A stretch of 32,000 nt of DNA from Prochlorococcus marinus subsp. pastoris str. CCMP1986 (GCF_000011465.1 NC_005072.1:420001-452000), one strand, 5' to 3'. Positions 10,039 through 20,774 are shown, counted from the stretch's first letter. Numbers and translations: made by a program. The notes: generated by a model not told the origin, from the sequence alone.

Positions 10039-10551
10039 ATGTTTTTAAAAGATCATCTAAAAGATACTTACCAAAAAGCATCTTTTGATAACAATCATTT
10101 GATGTTAGAAAATATAATTAATATATGGGCACATAGGTTTGGACCTGAATCTTTAAATGAACTATTTGTTAAAGATCAAGATCAAGATCAATTAAAATTG
10201 ATAGAAGAGAATCAGGCAGAGGCAAGTCAGAATCAAATCAATTTGGAATTAATAGAAGATCATCAGTCAGAGGCAAATCAGAATCAAACCAATTTGGAAT
10301 TAATAGAAGAGCATCAGTCAGAGGTAAATCAGAATCAAATCAATTTGGAATTATTAAAAAATCTTCAATACGAAGAAAAGATAGAATTTAAACCTAAAGA
10401 AACAAAAAAATCAAATAATACTGAAATTATTAATAAAGATATTTATGGTTCTTATAAAAATGAAAGTGAATTTAAAGATAAAGAAGAATTGCCATTACCT
10501 AATATAAAAAACTTGAGAAAATGGATTAATAACGAGAAAAAAGCCAGCTAA
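10039..10551 (+). CDS. Hypothetical protein with 17-aa Glu/Gln/Asn-rich tandem repeats
   Basis: 170 aa ORF, 7 bp after the ABC permease on the same strand. Contains NLELIEDHQSEANQNQT / NLELIEEHQSEVNQNQI repeats. No recognised family. Confidence 0.7.
   Translation: MFLKDHLKDTYQKASFDNNHLMLENIINIWAHRFGPESLNELFVKDQDQDQLKLIEENQAEASQNQINLELIEDHQSEANQNQTNLELIEEHQSEVNQNQINLELLKNLQYEEKIEFKPKETKKSNNTEIINKDIYGSYKNESEFKDKEELPLPNIKNLRKWINNEKKAS
10189..10356 (+). repeat. In-frame 51-bp tandem repeat (about 3.3 units)
   Basis: Units read at 10189-10239, 10240-10290 and 10291-10341, plus a partial unit from 10342. Each is close to aatttggaattaatagaagaNcatcagtcagaggNaaatcagaatcaaaNc. Confidence 0.85.
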
Positions 10552-10555
10552 GTTT

Positions 10556-12301
10556 TTACATCATTCCTGGCATACCCATGCCGCCCATTCCTGGCATACC
10601 CATGCCGCCCATTCCTGGCATACCCATTCCACCCATTCCTGGCATACCCATTCCACCCATTCCACCCATTCCACCCATTCCACCCATTCCACCCATTGGA
10701 TCTGCCCCTGGTCCTCCAGGTGCTGCCTCTGGTTCTGGGATATCAGCAACTGCAACTTCCGTAGTAATTATCATTGCAGCGATTGATACTGAATCTTGAA
10801 GAGCTAATCGAATAACTTTAGTAGGATCTAATATTCCTGACTCGTTTAAGTTTTCATATTCCCCATTATTAGCATTAAAACCCTTACCAAGTCTTTTTAT
10901 ATCAGCGATAACAACATCTCCATTAAAACCAGCATTTTTTGCAATTTGTTTTGTAGGTTCTAAAAGTGCGTTTGTAATAATATCTATACCTGTAGTCAAA
11001 TCATCTGATATTTCTTTACGTGAATTAGAAAGTTCATTTGATATTTCAATTAAGGTTTGTCCTCCCCCTGAAACAACTCCTTCCTCGATAGCAGCTTTTG
11101 TAGCATTGAGTGAATCTTCTATTCTTAATTTTTTATATTTCATCTCTGTTTCTGTCGCAGCCCCAACTTTAATAAGAGCTACTCCTCCAGCAAGTTTTGC
11201 TATCCTTTCGTTTATCTTATCTTTATCGTATTCCGATTCAGTTATTTCTACTTCCCTTTTTAATTTCTCAACTCTTTCTTGGACAAGGTCTTTGGTATCG
11301 TCGAAAGCTACGATTGTTGTTTTATCCTTTGAAATTGTTATTTTTTTAGCTTTTCCAAGATCATTAAGAGTAACTTCTTCTAATTTCATTGATTGATCTT
11401 CGCTAATTAATTTAGCTCCTGTAAGAATTGCAATATCTTCCAGGGCAGCTTTTCTCCTTTCTCCAAATGATGGAGCTCGAACAGCCGAAACATTTAATAC
11501 ACCACTATTTTTATTTAATACAAGAGTTGTTAGAGCTTCCCCTTCAATATCTTCAGCTAGAATTAAAAATGGAGAAGCAGATTTTTGAACCTCTTCGAGG
11601 ATAGGGACCAAGTTGGTTAATGTTGATATCTTTTGGTCAGTGATTAGGATCTTAGGATTTTCAAGTTCACAAATTTGTCTTTCTTGATCTGTTACAAAAT
11701 AAGGTGAACTATAACCTCTATCAAAAGACATTCCTTCTGTGATGTCTAACTCTGTCTCTAGGGATTGTGATTCTTCTACTGTTATAACCCCATCTGAGGT
11801 TACAATATCCATTGCTTTTGAAATTATTGAACCAATATCTTCATCTCCTCCTGCACTTACTGTCGCAACTTTTTTAATATCGGAGCCATTTATTTTGATA
11901 CTCTTTGATCTTAATTTTTCTAAAACAAAATTTAATCCTTTCTCCATTCCTTTTTTTAGCTCAATAGGACTAGCTCCCGCAGCTATATTTTTTAAACCTT
12001 CTTGAACCATTATTTGAGTCAAGATTGTTGCTGTTGTTGTTCCATCACCAGCACTCTCTTTAGTTTTTGATGCTACTTGTTCTATTAATTTTGCCCCTAA
12101 ATTAGAGATGGGATTGTCAAGGTTGATTTCTTTAGCAACAGTAGATCCATCTCTTACTATGTCTGGAGAACCGAATTTTCTTTCTATTACGACATTCTTT
12201 GCCTTTGGACCAATAGTAACTTTAACAGCATTTGCGACAGTATTTATTCCTTTTTCAAGCGCTTCTCTAGATTCGTTCGAAAAGCTTAATTGTTTTGGCA
12301 T
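10556..12301 (-). CDS. groEL: 60 kDa chaperonin GroEL (copy not adjacent to groES)
   Basis: 581 aa. Contains [53 protein letters not shown] and a GGM/GMP-rich C-terminus. Confidence 0.97.
   Translation of the reverse strand: MPKQLSFSNESREALEKGINTVANAVKVTIGPKAKNVVIERKFGSPDIVRDGSTVAKEINLDNPISNLGAKLIEQVASKTKESAGDGTTTATILTQIMVQEGLKNIAAGASPIELKKGMEKGLNFVLEKLRSKSIKINGSDIKKVATVSAGGDEDIGSIISKAMDIVTSDGVITVEESQSLETELDITEGMSFDRGYSSPYFVTDQERQICELENPKILITDQKISTLTNLVPILEEVQKSASPFLILAEDIEGEALTTLVLNKNSGVLNVSAVRAPSFGERRKAALEDIAILTGAKLISEDQSMKLEEVTLNDLGKAKKITISKDKTTIVAFDDTKDLVQERVEKLKREVEITESEYDKDKINERIAKLAGGVALIKVGAATETEMKYKKLRIEDSLNATKAAIEEGVVSGGGQTLIEISNELSNSRKEISDDLTTGIDIITNALLEPTKQIAKNAGFNGDVVIADIKRLGKGFNANNGEYENLNESGILDPTKVIRLALQDSVSIAAMIITTEVAVADIPEPEAAPGGPGADPMGGMGGMGGMGGMGGMGMPGMGGMGMPGMGGMGMPGMGGMGMPGMM
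10562..10697 (-). repeat. 24-bp and 9-bp tandem repeats encoding the Gro[10 protein letters not shown] / GGM tail
   Basis: On the + strand, four consecutive 24-mers cattcctggcatacccat(g/t)cc(g/a)cc from 10562, followed by a cattccacc 9-mer array. Confidence 0.9.
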
Positions 12302-12434
12302 GTTTATTAAATCTTTATATAATTATTCTAATGTCCCATGGAATTATATTTAAGGGATACTTAATTAAGTGGGGAAAGCCGAATTTCTCTTAAATAGCTA
12401 TCCAAATTAATCAAATTATGAGTATCTTAATGTT

Positions 12435-12614
12435 ATGGATAAAACAGGGAATCTTATTTTTACTTTAACTGCCACACTAGCAGCTGCAATGACTCTTATA
12501 TATTTTCCTCTTAGATTTTTTTTGACTTTAACTGCTAGAAGTCGAAGATTAAAACTTCTACAAAAGATTAGAAGATTAAGGGATGAGTTGGTTCAACCAT
12601 ATGAAAGTACATAA
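12435..12614 (+). CDS. Small hypothetical membrane-associated protein (59 aa)
   Basis: Manual translation: MDKTGNLIFTLTATLAAAMTLIYFPLRFFLTLTARSRRLKLLQKIRRLRDELVQPYEST*. One hydrophobic segment and a basic tail. Missing from the ORF track, apparently through the length cutoff. Fills the gap up to the fabG stop. Confidence 0.7.
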   Translation: MDKTGNLIFTLTATLAAAMTLIYFPLRFFLTLTARSRRLKLLQKIRRLRDELVQPYEST

Positions 12615-13364
12615 TTAAATACTCATGCCCCCATCAATACTTATTGTTTGTCCTGTTATATAGCTTCCAGCATTACTCGAGACTAAGAATGAAACTAAGT
12701 TTGCTATCTGTGAACAACTACCTAGCTTTCCTAATGGTATGGCTTTGATAATCTCTTCGTTATTTAGTTTTTCAGTCATTTCTGTTTCTATAAAACCTGG
12801 AGCTATAGCATTAACATTTATCCCTCTTGAAGCAAATTCTTTTGCACAGGTTTTTGTAAAGCCAATAACACCTGCTTTTGCGGCAGAATAATTTGCTTGT
12901 CCAGGATTTCCAATTATTCCGACAATAGATGAGATATTAATTATCTTTCCGCTTCTTTTTTTTATCATAAATTTTGAAGCATATTTTGTACAAAGAAAAA
13001 CCCCTTTTAAGTTTGTATTTAGAACGTCATCCCATTGTTCTGATTTCATTCGCATTAAGAGCCCATCTCTTGTTATGCCAGCATTATTTACAAGAATATC
13101 TATAGCACCATTTATCTTTATGATTTCTTCAAAAGCCTTACTAACAGATTCTTCTTTTGAAACATCAAATTTTAATTTATGAACTTTGCCTCCAGACTCT
13201 TTAATTAGATTTACAACTTCTTCAGCTTTTTCATCAGACGAAGAATAATTTATTATGACTTTTGCACCTAAATTACTAAGTTCTAAGGCAATTTCTTTAC
13301 CAATGCCCCTGCTAGCCCCTGTAATTAAAGCAACTTTACCTGTTAAAGATTCTGTATTTGACAT
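12615..13364 (-). CDS. fabG: 3-oxoacyl-[acyl-carrier-protein] reductase
   Basis: 249 aa SDR: GKVALITGASRGIGKEIAL, NNAGITRDGLLMRM, YSAAKAGVIGFTK, INVNAIAPGFIETEMT. Confidence 0.96.
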   Translation of the reverse strand: MSNTESLTGKVALITGASRGIGKEIALELSNLGAKVIINYSSSDEKAEEVVNLIKESGGKVHKLKFDVSKEESVSKAFEEIIKINGAIDILVNNAGITRDGLLMRMKSEQWDDVLNTNLKGVFLCTKYASKFMIKKRSGKIINISSIVGIIGNPGQANYSAAKAGVIGFTKTCAKEFASRGINVNAIAPGFIETEMTEKLNNEEIIKAIPLGKLGSCSQIANLVSFLVSSNAGSYITGQTISIDGGMSI

Positions 13365-13457
13365 TGTGAAATTTTTATAATTTAAAATCGTAGTACTATT
13401 TGTGCAAACATATTACTTTTATTTATAATTATCTAGAAAATATAAACTCAAATTATT

Positions 13458-14129
13458 GTGCATGTACTAATACCCGCGGCAGGCAGTGGTAGCAGAATGA
13501 AAGCTGGAAGAAATAAATTACTTATTGAATTAGAAGGGGAATCTCTTATTTTTTGGACTATAAAATCTGTATTATCTGCAAGTTTAGTCAGCTGGGTAGG
13601 AATAATTGGGCAGCCGTATGATAAACAAGAATTATTAAAATCAGTAAAAAATTTTTCTAACAAAATCAAATGGATAAATGGTGGAGATACGAGGCAAAAG
13701 TCTGTCTTTAATGGTTTAAATTCTCTTCCATCTACTGCTGAGAAAGTTTTAATTCATGATGGTGCTAGATGCTTAGTTGGTCCCGACTTAATAAATAAAT
13801 GTGCTATGGAATTAGAACAAAATGATGCAGTTATTTTAGCTACCAAGGTTACCGACACAATAAAGATTGTTGATAATAGAGGTTATATTAAGGAAACACC
13901 AAATAGACAAAATTTATGGGCAGCTCAAACGCCTCAGGGTTTTTTAGTAAAGAGATTAAGAAAAGCTCATGAAATGGCAATTGAGAAAAATTGGACGGTT
14001 ACAGATGATGCCTCGCTATTTGAAATGTTAAATTGGCAAGTAAAAATAATTGAGGGAAATTCATCAAATATAAAAATTACATCACCACTAGATCTGAAAA
14101 TAGCAAAACTATTTTTAAAAGATTTTTAA
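13458..14129 (+). CDS. ispD: 2-C-methyl-D-erythritol 4-phosphate cytidylyltransferase
   Basis: 223 aa: VLIPAAGSGSRMKAGRNKLLIEL, VLIHDGARCLV, QTPQGF, TDDASLFE. Confidence 0.96.
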   Translation: MHVLIPAAGSGSRMKAGRNKLLIELEGESLIFWTIKSVLSASLVSWVGIIGQPYDKQELLKSVKNFSNKIKWINGGDTRQKSVFNGLNSLPSTAEKVLIHDGARCLVGPDLINKCAMELEQNDAVILATKVTDTIKIVDNRGYIKETPNRQNLWAAQTPQGFLVKRLRKAHEMAIEKNWTVTDDASLFEMLNWQVKIIEGNSSNIKITSPLDLKIAKLFLKDF

Positions 14130-14998
14130 TAAGAAGGGATATGAATAATAAGTTTTCCATCGTCCCCATTTAATGTTGCTTCATAACCTAAAGGGATGCA
14201 TGCATTACCAGATAAATGTCCAATAGGAAGGTCAAAAAGAATAGGAATATCAAATTCTTGAAGCCTCTCAATTATTAATTTTTTGAGTAAGCCGTTCCAT
14301 TCAGGTGTACACACTTCATCTGAAAAACTTCCAAAACCAATACCTGAAATACCATTCAATTTGTTTGTCATTCTCAAATAAGTTAACATTCGATCAATTT
14401 TATAAATGTCTTCGTTTATGTCCTCAAATATTATTATTTTCCCTTTTAATTCAGGGAAATGATCAGTACCAATTAGAAAAGATGCAATAGTTAGATTAGA
14501 AACAACAATTTCTCCTTTTGCGATGCCTTTTTTTAAAGGTAAACCCTTAATATCATCAACATACCCCTCAAAAAGTAAATTTCTTAGTCTTCTTAAACTC
14601 CATTCAGGTTCTTTAAAAAGAGTAGTAATCATAGGTCCATGAATCGAGCCAAAAGATCCTTTTGAATATTTTGATAACAAGAGTGAACATGTATCAGAGA
14701 AACCAATCATTAACCCATTACCCCAATTTGGATTTTTTTCTAAAAGTCTTGCGGCGCCCCATCCACCTTTAGCAAAAATGATGACTTTCTTATTTTGAGC
14801 TTTTTCAAGTTCTTCAAATCTTGTTTGATCATCTCCAGCAAAATACCCAAACTTTCTTGAGAGGATATTATTGTGAACAATCTTCAATCCCCATGTTTTT
14901 AAAACATCTATGCCCTTTATAAAATCCTCTTCATTATCTATAAAAGAGCTTGGAGCTAAAATTTGAATCTCATCTCCTTTTTTTAATTTAACTAGCAT
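14126..14998 (-). CDS. LD-carboxypeptidase-like protein (peptidase S66 / MccF-LdcA family)
   Basis: 290 aa: IQILAPSSFI, IIFAKGGWGAARLLE, LMIGFSDTCSLL, GSIHGPM, LFDLPIGHLSGNACIPLG. Confidence 0.88.
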   Translation of the reverse strand: MLVKLKKGDEIQILAPSSFIDNEEDFIKGIDVLKTWGLKIVHNNILSRKFGYFAGDDQTRFEELEKAQNKKVIIFAKGGWGAARLLEKNPNWGNGLMIGFSDTCSLLLSKYSKGSFGSIHGPMITTLFKEPEWSLRRLRNLLFEGYVDDIKGLPLKKGIAKGEIVVSNLTIASFLIGTDHFPELKGKIIIFEDINEDIYKIDRMLTYLRMTNKLNGISGIGFGSFSDEVCTPEWNGLLKKLIIERLQEFDIPILFDLPIGHLSGNACIPLGYEATLNGDDGKLIIHIPSY

Positions 14999-15010
14999 TC
15001 TTTTTATAAG

Positions 15011-15898
15011 TTATGAGGCGATTATGAATCCCAATAATATTAAGCCTCCATATATAGATTGGTTTTTAAAATGATCACCAATTTTTTTAATGGATTGTTT
15101 ACTTTCAGGAAATATTTTCAAAATATCTTTTTGCATTAAAAATCCTGTTATTAACCAAATTGGCCAAAAAACAAAATTTAGTTGATTGATGAAAGCACAT
15201 ATTGCAAGAAAACTGGAAGTTAAAAAATAACAAATTTGAATAGTTTTTTTTGTATTGTAAGCAAGGTTAACTGCGGAACTGTTTACTCCAATTTGAATAT
15301 CATATTTTTTATCAGCCAAAGCATATACAGTATCAAAACCAAAAGTCCAAAAAATCGTAGCGAGCCAGCAAAATAATAAAACAATACTATTTATATTACC
15401 TTCGTTCGCAGCCCAAGGTATTACAACTGCAAATCCCCAGCATATAGATAAGATAAATTGCGGATATTTAAACCATCTCTTTGCAGAAGGATAAATTAAA
15501 ATTAAAGGTAAAGCAAAAAAAGCAAGTGAAAGAGAAAGTAGTCTTCCATTCTCTGGAAGCGACAAAGTTAAAAAGAAACTACATATAATCAAAAATATAA
15601 GTATTAAGTATGCCGTTTTAGTACTGATTTTATTTGCAGCAAGAGGTCTGTTTTTGGTCCTTAAGACTTTTTGATCTATTCTTTTATCCCAAATATCATT
15701 AGCAACACAACCTAAGCCACTAACTAATAATCCACCGATTAAAATTTTCAACAACATGTAAATGCTTGGATTTGATTCGGGCGTAAGATATAAACTCCAT
15801 CCAGCGGGAATAAGTAGAATAAGTCTCCCTGTCGGCTTATTCCATCTTAATAATTTAAAAAGGATATTAATTTTAGAATTTTGGTCTTTCTTTATCAC
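15011..15898 (-). CDS. UbiA-family prenyltransferase (4-hydroxybenzoate polyprenyltransferase-like)
   Basis: 295 aa: LLRWNKPTGRLILLIPAGWSL, CVANDIWDKRIDQKVLRTKNRPLAA, DTVYALADKKYDIQIGVNSSA. Confidence 0.9.
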   Translation of the reverse strand: MIKKDQNSKINILFKLLRWNKPTGRLILLIPAGWSLYLTPESNPSIYMLLKILIGGLLVSGLGCVANDIWDKRIDQKVLRTKNRPLAANKISTKTAYLILIFLIICSFFLTLSLPENGRLLSLSLAFFALPLILIYPSAKRWFKYPQFILSICWGFAVVIPWAANEGNINSIVLLFCWLATIFWTFGFDTVYALADKKYDIQIGVNSSAVNLAYNTKKTIQICYFLTSSFLAICAFINQLNFVFWPIWLITGFLMQKDILKIFPESKQSIKKIGDHFKNQSIYGGLILLGFIIAS

Positions 15899-16019
15899 AG
15901 GATCTTTATTTCATAACTTTAAATAATCTAACTAGAAATTAGGCAAATCTATAATTTAATAATCAATCTTAAGTATATTAATTACTGTATTTAGGATCTC
16001 TATTTTTTAGAGAATAAAA

Positions 16020-17618
16020 ATGATACAGAAAAAAAAATTAAGTAATCTGCAAGAAAAAGATATTTCCGTAGCCTCAATTGATATTGGAACCAACTCCACT
16101 CATCTCTTAATCGCTGAAATTAATTCAGATCTCAAATCCTTTTCAATAAAATTTACTGATAAATCTACAACACGTCTAGGAGAGAGAGATGAAGAGGGAA
16201 ATCTTACTGAGGAATCAATTCAAAGAGTTTTAAAGACCCTAAAGCGTTTTCAAGAGTACTGCAAAAGTAATGGTGTTAATCAAATAGTAACTGCTGCAAC
16301 GAGTGCTGTTAGGGAGGCTCCAAATGGTCGAGACTTTTTAAATAGGGTTCAAAGTGATTTAGATATTCAAATAGAACTTATAAGCGGATCTGAAGAGGCT
16401 AGATTAATTTATCTTGGTGTTTTGTCTGGGATGGTTTTGGAAGATAAGTCTTACGTAATTATTGATATAGGTGGAGGTTCCACAGAATTAATACTTGCAG
16501 ATCAAAAAGACGCAATAGCTCTTACAAGTTCTAGAGTTGGAGCTGTTAGGCTCAAAAATGATTTTTTTCTTGATAGTGAACCCATCAATAGAGAAAGATC
16601 TAATTTTTTGAGAACTTTTATTCAAGGCTCCTTAGAACCATCTATTGAAAAAATTAAAAGGAGATTACAAAGAGGAAAGACGGTCTCAATGATTGCTACA
16701 AGTGGAACTGCAATTTCACTAGGAAATTTAATTTTATCTGACCTTGGGCAGCCAAAACAAAAGATGCATGGTTATAAATTTAAAAAAGAAAATTTAGAGA
16801 TTGTCTTGGAAAAATTAATTAAAATGCCAATTTCTGAAATAAAGAAAATTCCTTCACTCAGTGAAAGAAGATCGGAAATAATAATTCCAGGTGCATTAAT
16901 TTTAAAAACCTCAATGGAGATGTTGAATTTTGATCAGTTGACAATTAGTGAGAGGGCCCTAAGGGAAGGATTAGTAGTTGATTGGATGCTTCGCCAAGGA
17001 ATAATAAAAAATGAATTTAATATTCAAAGTAATATTAGGAAAACTACCATAGTTCATCAGGCTAGAAAGTTTGGTGTTGATAAAGAAAGATCTGAGAAAG
17101 TTACTAATATCGCATTTCAAATCTATGATCAAACTAAAAATATTTTTCATGGAGATACTGATTCAAAAGCAAAAGATCTCCTTTGGGCAGCCTGTAACCT
17201 TTATGATTGTGGGAAATATGTAAATATAAGTTCTTATCATAAACATTCTTGGTATTTAATTAAAAACTGCGAATTATTGGGATATTCTCAATCCGAGACA
17301 AATATTATTGCTTCAATAGTTAGATATCACAGAAAGACTTTACCAAAAAAAAGACATGAATCTTGGCAAAGTTTAATCTCAAAAGAAGATAAAACATTAG
17401 TACTTGAAATGTCTTTAATTTTAAGATTAGCGGCCTCTCTGGATCAAAGACCTGAAAATGTCTTGTCTTCTATAAAAATTAAATTACTAAATAATATTTT
17501 TGCAATTGAACTGATACCTTTAAAATCAAATAAAGATCTTCTTCTCGAAAAATGGAGCTTAGAGTTATGTAGTAAGGTGGTTAAAGAATTAAAAAATTTA
17601 GAGTTGAAAGTTGTTTAA
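16020..17618 (+). CDS. ppx: Exopolyphosphatase (Ppx/GppA family)
   Basis: 532 aa: ASIDIGTNSTHLLIAEI, VTAATSAVREAPNG, YVIIDIGGGSTELI, and an HD-like C-terminal region. Confidence 0.93.
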   Translation: MIQKKKLSNLQEKDISVASIDIGTNSTHLLIAEINSDLKSFSIKFTDKSTTRLGERDEEGNLTEESIQRVLKTLKRFQEYCKSNGVNQIVTAATSAVREAPNGRDFLNRVQSDLDIQIELISGSEEARLIYLGVLSGMVLEDKSYVIIDIGGGSTELILADQKDAIALTSSRVGAVRLKNDFFLDSEPINRERSNFLRTFIQGSLEPSIEKIKRRLQRGKTVSMIATSGTAISLGNLILSDLGQPKQKMHGYKFKKENLEIVLEKLIKMPISEIKKIPSLSERRSEIIIPGALILKTSMEMLNFDQLTISERALREGLVVDWMLRQGIIKNEFNIQSNIRKTTIVHQARKFGVDKERSEKVTNIAFQIYDQTKNIFHGDTDSKAKDLLWAACNLYDCGKYVNISSYHKHSWYLIKNCELLGYSQSETNIIASIVRYHRKTLPKKRHESWQSLISKEDKTLVLEMSLILRLAASLDQRPENVLSSIKIKLLNNIFAIELIPLKSNKDLLLEKWSLELCSKVVKELKNLELKVV

Positions 17619-18106
17619 TTTTTATTCATAAGTTCTTCTTTAGGAAGTTGATTTTGGAATGATTCTGAAAAAATATTAAAAATCAAAGATGAAGCTAATA
17701 GGCCTAATATTCCTGAAATTAAAATAAAGATAATAACCTTGATAGAATTCTGATTCTTCAAGCTTCTGTCATTCTTCGCTTTTATTGAGACTTCTTGAAC
17801 AATTTCTTCGATGTTTACTTCTTTCCGTTCAGTTTTGAATTCGCTCATTATAAAATCTGTATCAACTTTCAGCTTTTCAGAAATCCTACGAACCATTGCT
17901 TTTATAAAAACTTTTTCCGGTAAATGATCTTCATTACCCTCCTCTATAGCTTGAAGTTGGTGAGATCCAATTTTTAAATCAGAGGCTAATTCTTCAATTG
18001 ATTTGTTTCTGCTTACTCTTGCTTCTTTAATGAAATTGCCAATTCTTTTTAAAGATGAATTAATTTTGGGATTGTTGTCTGAATTATTAGATTTTATTTC
18101 GTTCAA
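17615..18106 (-). CDS. HTH (RodZ-like) domain protein with a single C-terminal TM segment
   Basis: 163 aa: IGNFIKEARVSRNKSIEELASDLKIGSHQLQAIEEGNEDHLPEKVFIKAMVRRISEKL..., then the TM segment VIIFILISGILGLLASSLIF. Confidence 0.8.
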   Translation of the reverse strand: MNEIKSNNSDNNPKINSSLKRIGNFIKEARVSRNKSIEELASDLKIGSHQLQAIEEGNEDHLPEKVFIKAMVRRISEKLKVDTDFIMSEFKTERKEVNIEEIVQEVSIKAKNDRSLKNQNSIKVIIFILISGILGLLASSLIFNIFSESFQNQLPKEELMNKN

Positions 18107-18163
18107 AGCAATTAATTTTTCCCCAATTATAGTGTTATAAATCTATCTATCAACTTTATTCAA

Positions 18164-18919
18164 TTATTTGCCCCTAAAGAGATGCTTGTAAGATGGATTA
18201 TAAAGATTAGACCTATTCGCAATAGTATTAATTGCAGGACTAACAATATAAATAGTAGTTCTAATAAGTTCTTTCTCAAGAGTAAATTTTTCCATATCCT
18301 TCAATTCAATTAAAGATGTCCAACCATCATCCCAAGATACTCTATAACCAACAATTACTTTGGTTTCTGGAGGGTAAAATTCTAATAAAGTTTTTTGAGA
18401 ACTTTTTATGTGTCTAGCACTCAAATAAAGACATAAAGAGGATTTGTGCTTGGCAAGATCTTTAAGTGATTCTTTTTCAGGCATGCCAGTTCGGCCTCCT
18501 GCTCTAGTCAAAATTATAGTTTGAGTTATATCTGGAATTGTAAGCTCGGCCTGATGATAGGCGGCAGCGACCTGAAAAGCACTTACACCAGGGATTACTT
18601 CAGTCTCGATATTTTCTTGTCTTAATATTTCTAGTTGTTCTTTAACTGCACCATACAGGCATGGATCTCCATCATGCAATCTAATTACAGTTTTACCTTC
18701 ATTAAATCTTTCTATCATTATTGAAGTGATTTTTTCTAAAGTAAGCGTACTGGTTTTTATTTTTTCAGAACCTTTAAGTGAAAAATTTATAATTTTTTCA
18801 GGAATTAAAGAATCAGCCCAAAATATAACGTCTGCAGACTCTATTTTTTTTAACGCTTTGATTGTTAATAAATCAGGATCGCCTGGACCAACTCCAATAA
18901 ATGAGATCTTTCTAACCAT
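18164..18919 (-). CDS. cobM: Precorrin-4 C11-methyltransferase
   Basis: 251 aa: [58 protein letters not shown]. Confidence 0.94.
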   Translation of the reverse strand: MVRKISFIGVGPGDPDLLTIKALKKIESADVIFWADSLIPEKIINFSLKGSEKIKTSTLTLEKITSIMIERFNEGKTVIRLHDGDPCLYGAVKEQLEILRQENIETEVIPGVSAFQVAAAYHQAELTIPDITQTIILTRAGGRTGMPEKESLKDLAKHKSSLCLYLSARHIKSSQKTLLEFYPPETKVIVGYRVSWDDGWTSLIELKDMEKFTLEKELIRTTIYIVSPAINTIANRSNLYNPSYKHLFRGK

Positions 18920-19805
18920 TATTTCTTGTTTTGTTTTTATATGATTTTAATCTTAAAAAAAATAATCCAATTAATCCAGAGGAAAATAAAAAAATACTAA
19001 TAAACTGGGCCATGCGTAATCCTCCATCACAAAAGGGTGGAAGTCCCCCAATACATAAAGGATCAGTCCTTAAACCTTCAATCCAGAATCTTCCAAAACT
19101 ATAGCCAATTAAATAAAGACAACTAATAAAGCCAGGCCTCACTGAGTTTTTGTTGTTCTGTTTGTAAAAAATAGTAATTAATAATATAAAAATTAAAAAA
19201 TTCCATAATGATTCATAGATAAATGTTGGATGGAAAAACTGGTAATTTATAAATTCTATTGGTCTATTTTGTATTGGTACAAATAACTTCCAAGGTAAAT
19301 CCGTAGGTATTCCAAAAGCTTCATTATTAAAGAAATTCCCCCATCTACCAATAGACTGCCCAAGAATAATAGATGGAATTAATATATCTATAAAGGTCTT
19401 TAAATGAATATTTTTGGATTTACAAAAATATAAAATACATAGAAATCCTCCAATCAATCCTCCATGGATTGCTATACCCCCTTGCCAAATTGCAATAAAA
19501 GAGGGGATTTGAATTACGTTATTAAAAAGATTAAAAGAAGTAAAAAAGTTACTACCACTATATTGTCTCCATTCGAAAATTACATAGTACGCTCTAGCTC
19601 CAATTATTGAAGATATTATTAAAGAGGGTAAAATATCACTTATATATTGAGGATTAATATTTCTTGATTTTGCAAGCTTTTTAGAAATAAAAAGTCCTAT
19701 TACTACTGATATGGAAATTAGCAGACCATACCATCTGATAGTTAGAAATCCTAAATTTAAAAATGTGTCTCCAGGGGATTGAATAAAAGCTTGATATGTA
19801 AGCAT
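18912..19805 (-). CDS. lgt: Prolipoprotein diacylglyceryl transferase
   Basis: 297 aa: [57 protein letters not shown]. Confidence 0.96.
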   Translation of the reverse strand: MLTYQAFIQSPGDTFLNLGFLTIRWYGLLISISVVIGLFISKKLAKSRNINPQYISDILPSLIISSIIGARAYYVIFEWRQYSGSNFFTSFNLFNNVIQIPSFIAIWQGGIAIHGGLIGGFLCILYFCKSKNIHLKTFIDILIPSIILGQSIGRWGNFFNNEAFGIPTDLPWKLFVPIQNRPIEFINYQFFHPTFIYESLWNFLIFILLITIFYKQNNKNSVRPGFISCLYLIGYSFGRFWIEGLRTDPLCIGGLPPFCDGGLRMAQFISIFLFSSGLIGLFFLRLKSYKNKTRNNG

Positions 19806-19816
19806 TTAAAGGTTAA

Positions 19817-20770
19817 TTAAACACCCTCAGCAGCTTGTACTTTTTCAACCTGCTTCTTCTTGAGTACTAACAGTATTTGGGTTAGGCCTACACCAATAAA
19901 AAATGCAATTAAGCCTATTATTCTATAAGGGCTTTGTAACACTACTTCAGCATCTAGTTGCCCAAAACCTCCTACATTAGGGTCATTAGTTAGAGGATCT
20001 CCTGCACTTATTTGGTCTTGTTCTTTCACAATCAGTTTAGGACCAACAGGAACAGCCTCGGTAACTATGTCCCCGTTCTCATTCTCAATATTAATTTGAT
20101 AACTACCATCTTCAATAGTTTCTATTGAATTTATAGTGCCTGCAGAAGAAGAAGTGAATATTACATTGTTACTCTTTTCACCAGTTGGATAAACTTGACC
20201 TCTGCCTCTATTCCCTCCTATATGCAACGAGTACTTTCCATAGTGATACTCTTTATTGGTAGCTGGATTAGGGGAAAGGACAGGAAAAACGATTTCTTTA
20301 TTAGTATCTCCTGGTAATGGACCGACAAGAATTATATTGTCTTTTTCTTCGCTGTAATTAGTAAAATAAACTCCCTCGGTTTCTTCTTTTATTTCATCAG
20401 TCCATCTTTCCTGAGGAGCTAATTTAAAGCCATCAGGAAGCATAACTACAGCCCCAACTTGTAAAGGAACCGCTGAGCCGTCAGCACCTATTTCCTTTAT
20501 GTCATCTTTATAAGGAATTTTGACTACAGCTTTGAAAACACTATCAGCTCCAACAGATTGAGGGACCTCTGCAATAGTTGGCATTTGTGCTAAATGGCAA
20601 TTTGCGCAGACTATTTTTCCTGTGGCTTCTCTGGGAGATTCGTAATTTTGCTGCGCCCAAAATGGATAAGCAAAAGAGGATCTTGGGAAAATTACAATGC
20701 TGGAAATCAAAAGCAGTTTGCAAAGAAAGAAAGTTGTTTTTTTCATAATTTGTTTTTTAAAATTAATCAT
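19817..20770 (-). CDS. petA: Cytochrome f (apocytochrome f precursor)
   Basis: Contains [29 protein letters not shown] and the C-terminal [21 protein letters not shown]. The track start at 20797 overlaps petC; internal starts at 20770 (MINFKK) or 20746 (MKKTTFF) are more likely. Confidence 0.96.
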
Positions 20771-20774
20771 TCTC

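Noticed and set aside
10189-10356. Possible CRISPR or mobile-element repeats
   Set aside because: Contiguous in-frame coding repeats with no spacers, no cas genes, and no transposase or flanking inverted repeats anywhere in the window.
10561-10799. ORFs reading [10 protein letters not shown]... and [15 protein letters not shown]...
   Set aside because: Products of alternative frames through the GroEL GMP/GGM repeat tail. Low-complexity repetition explains the open frames.
11106-12353. Several plus-strand ORFs opposite groEL (11106, 11739, 12108)
   Set aside because: Antisense shadows of groEL. Their sequences look like reverse complement of conserved chaperonin codons.
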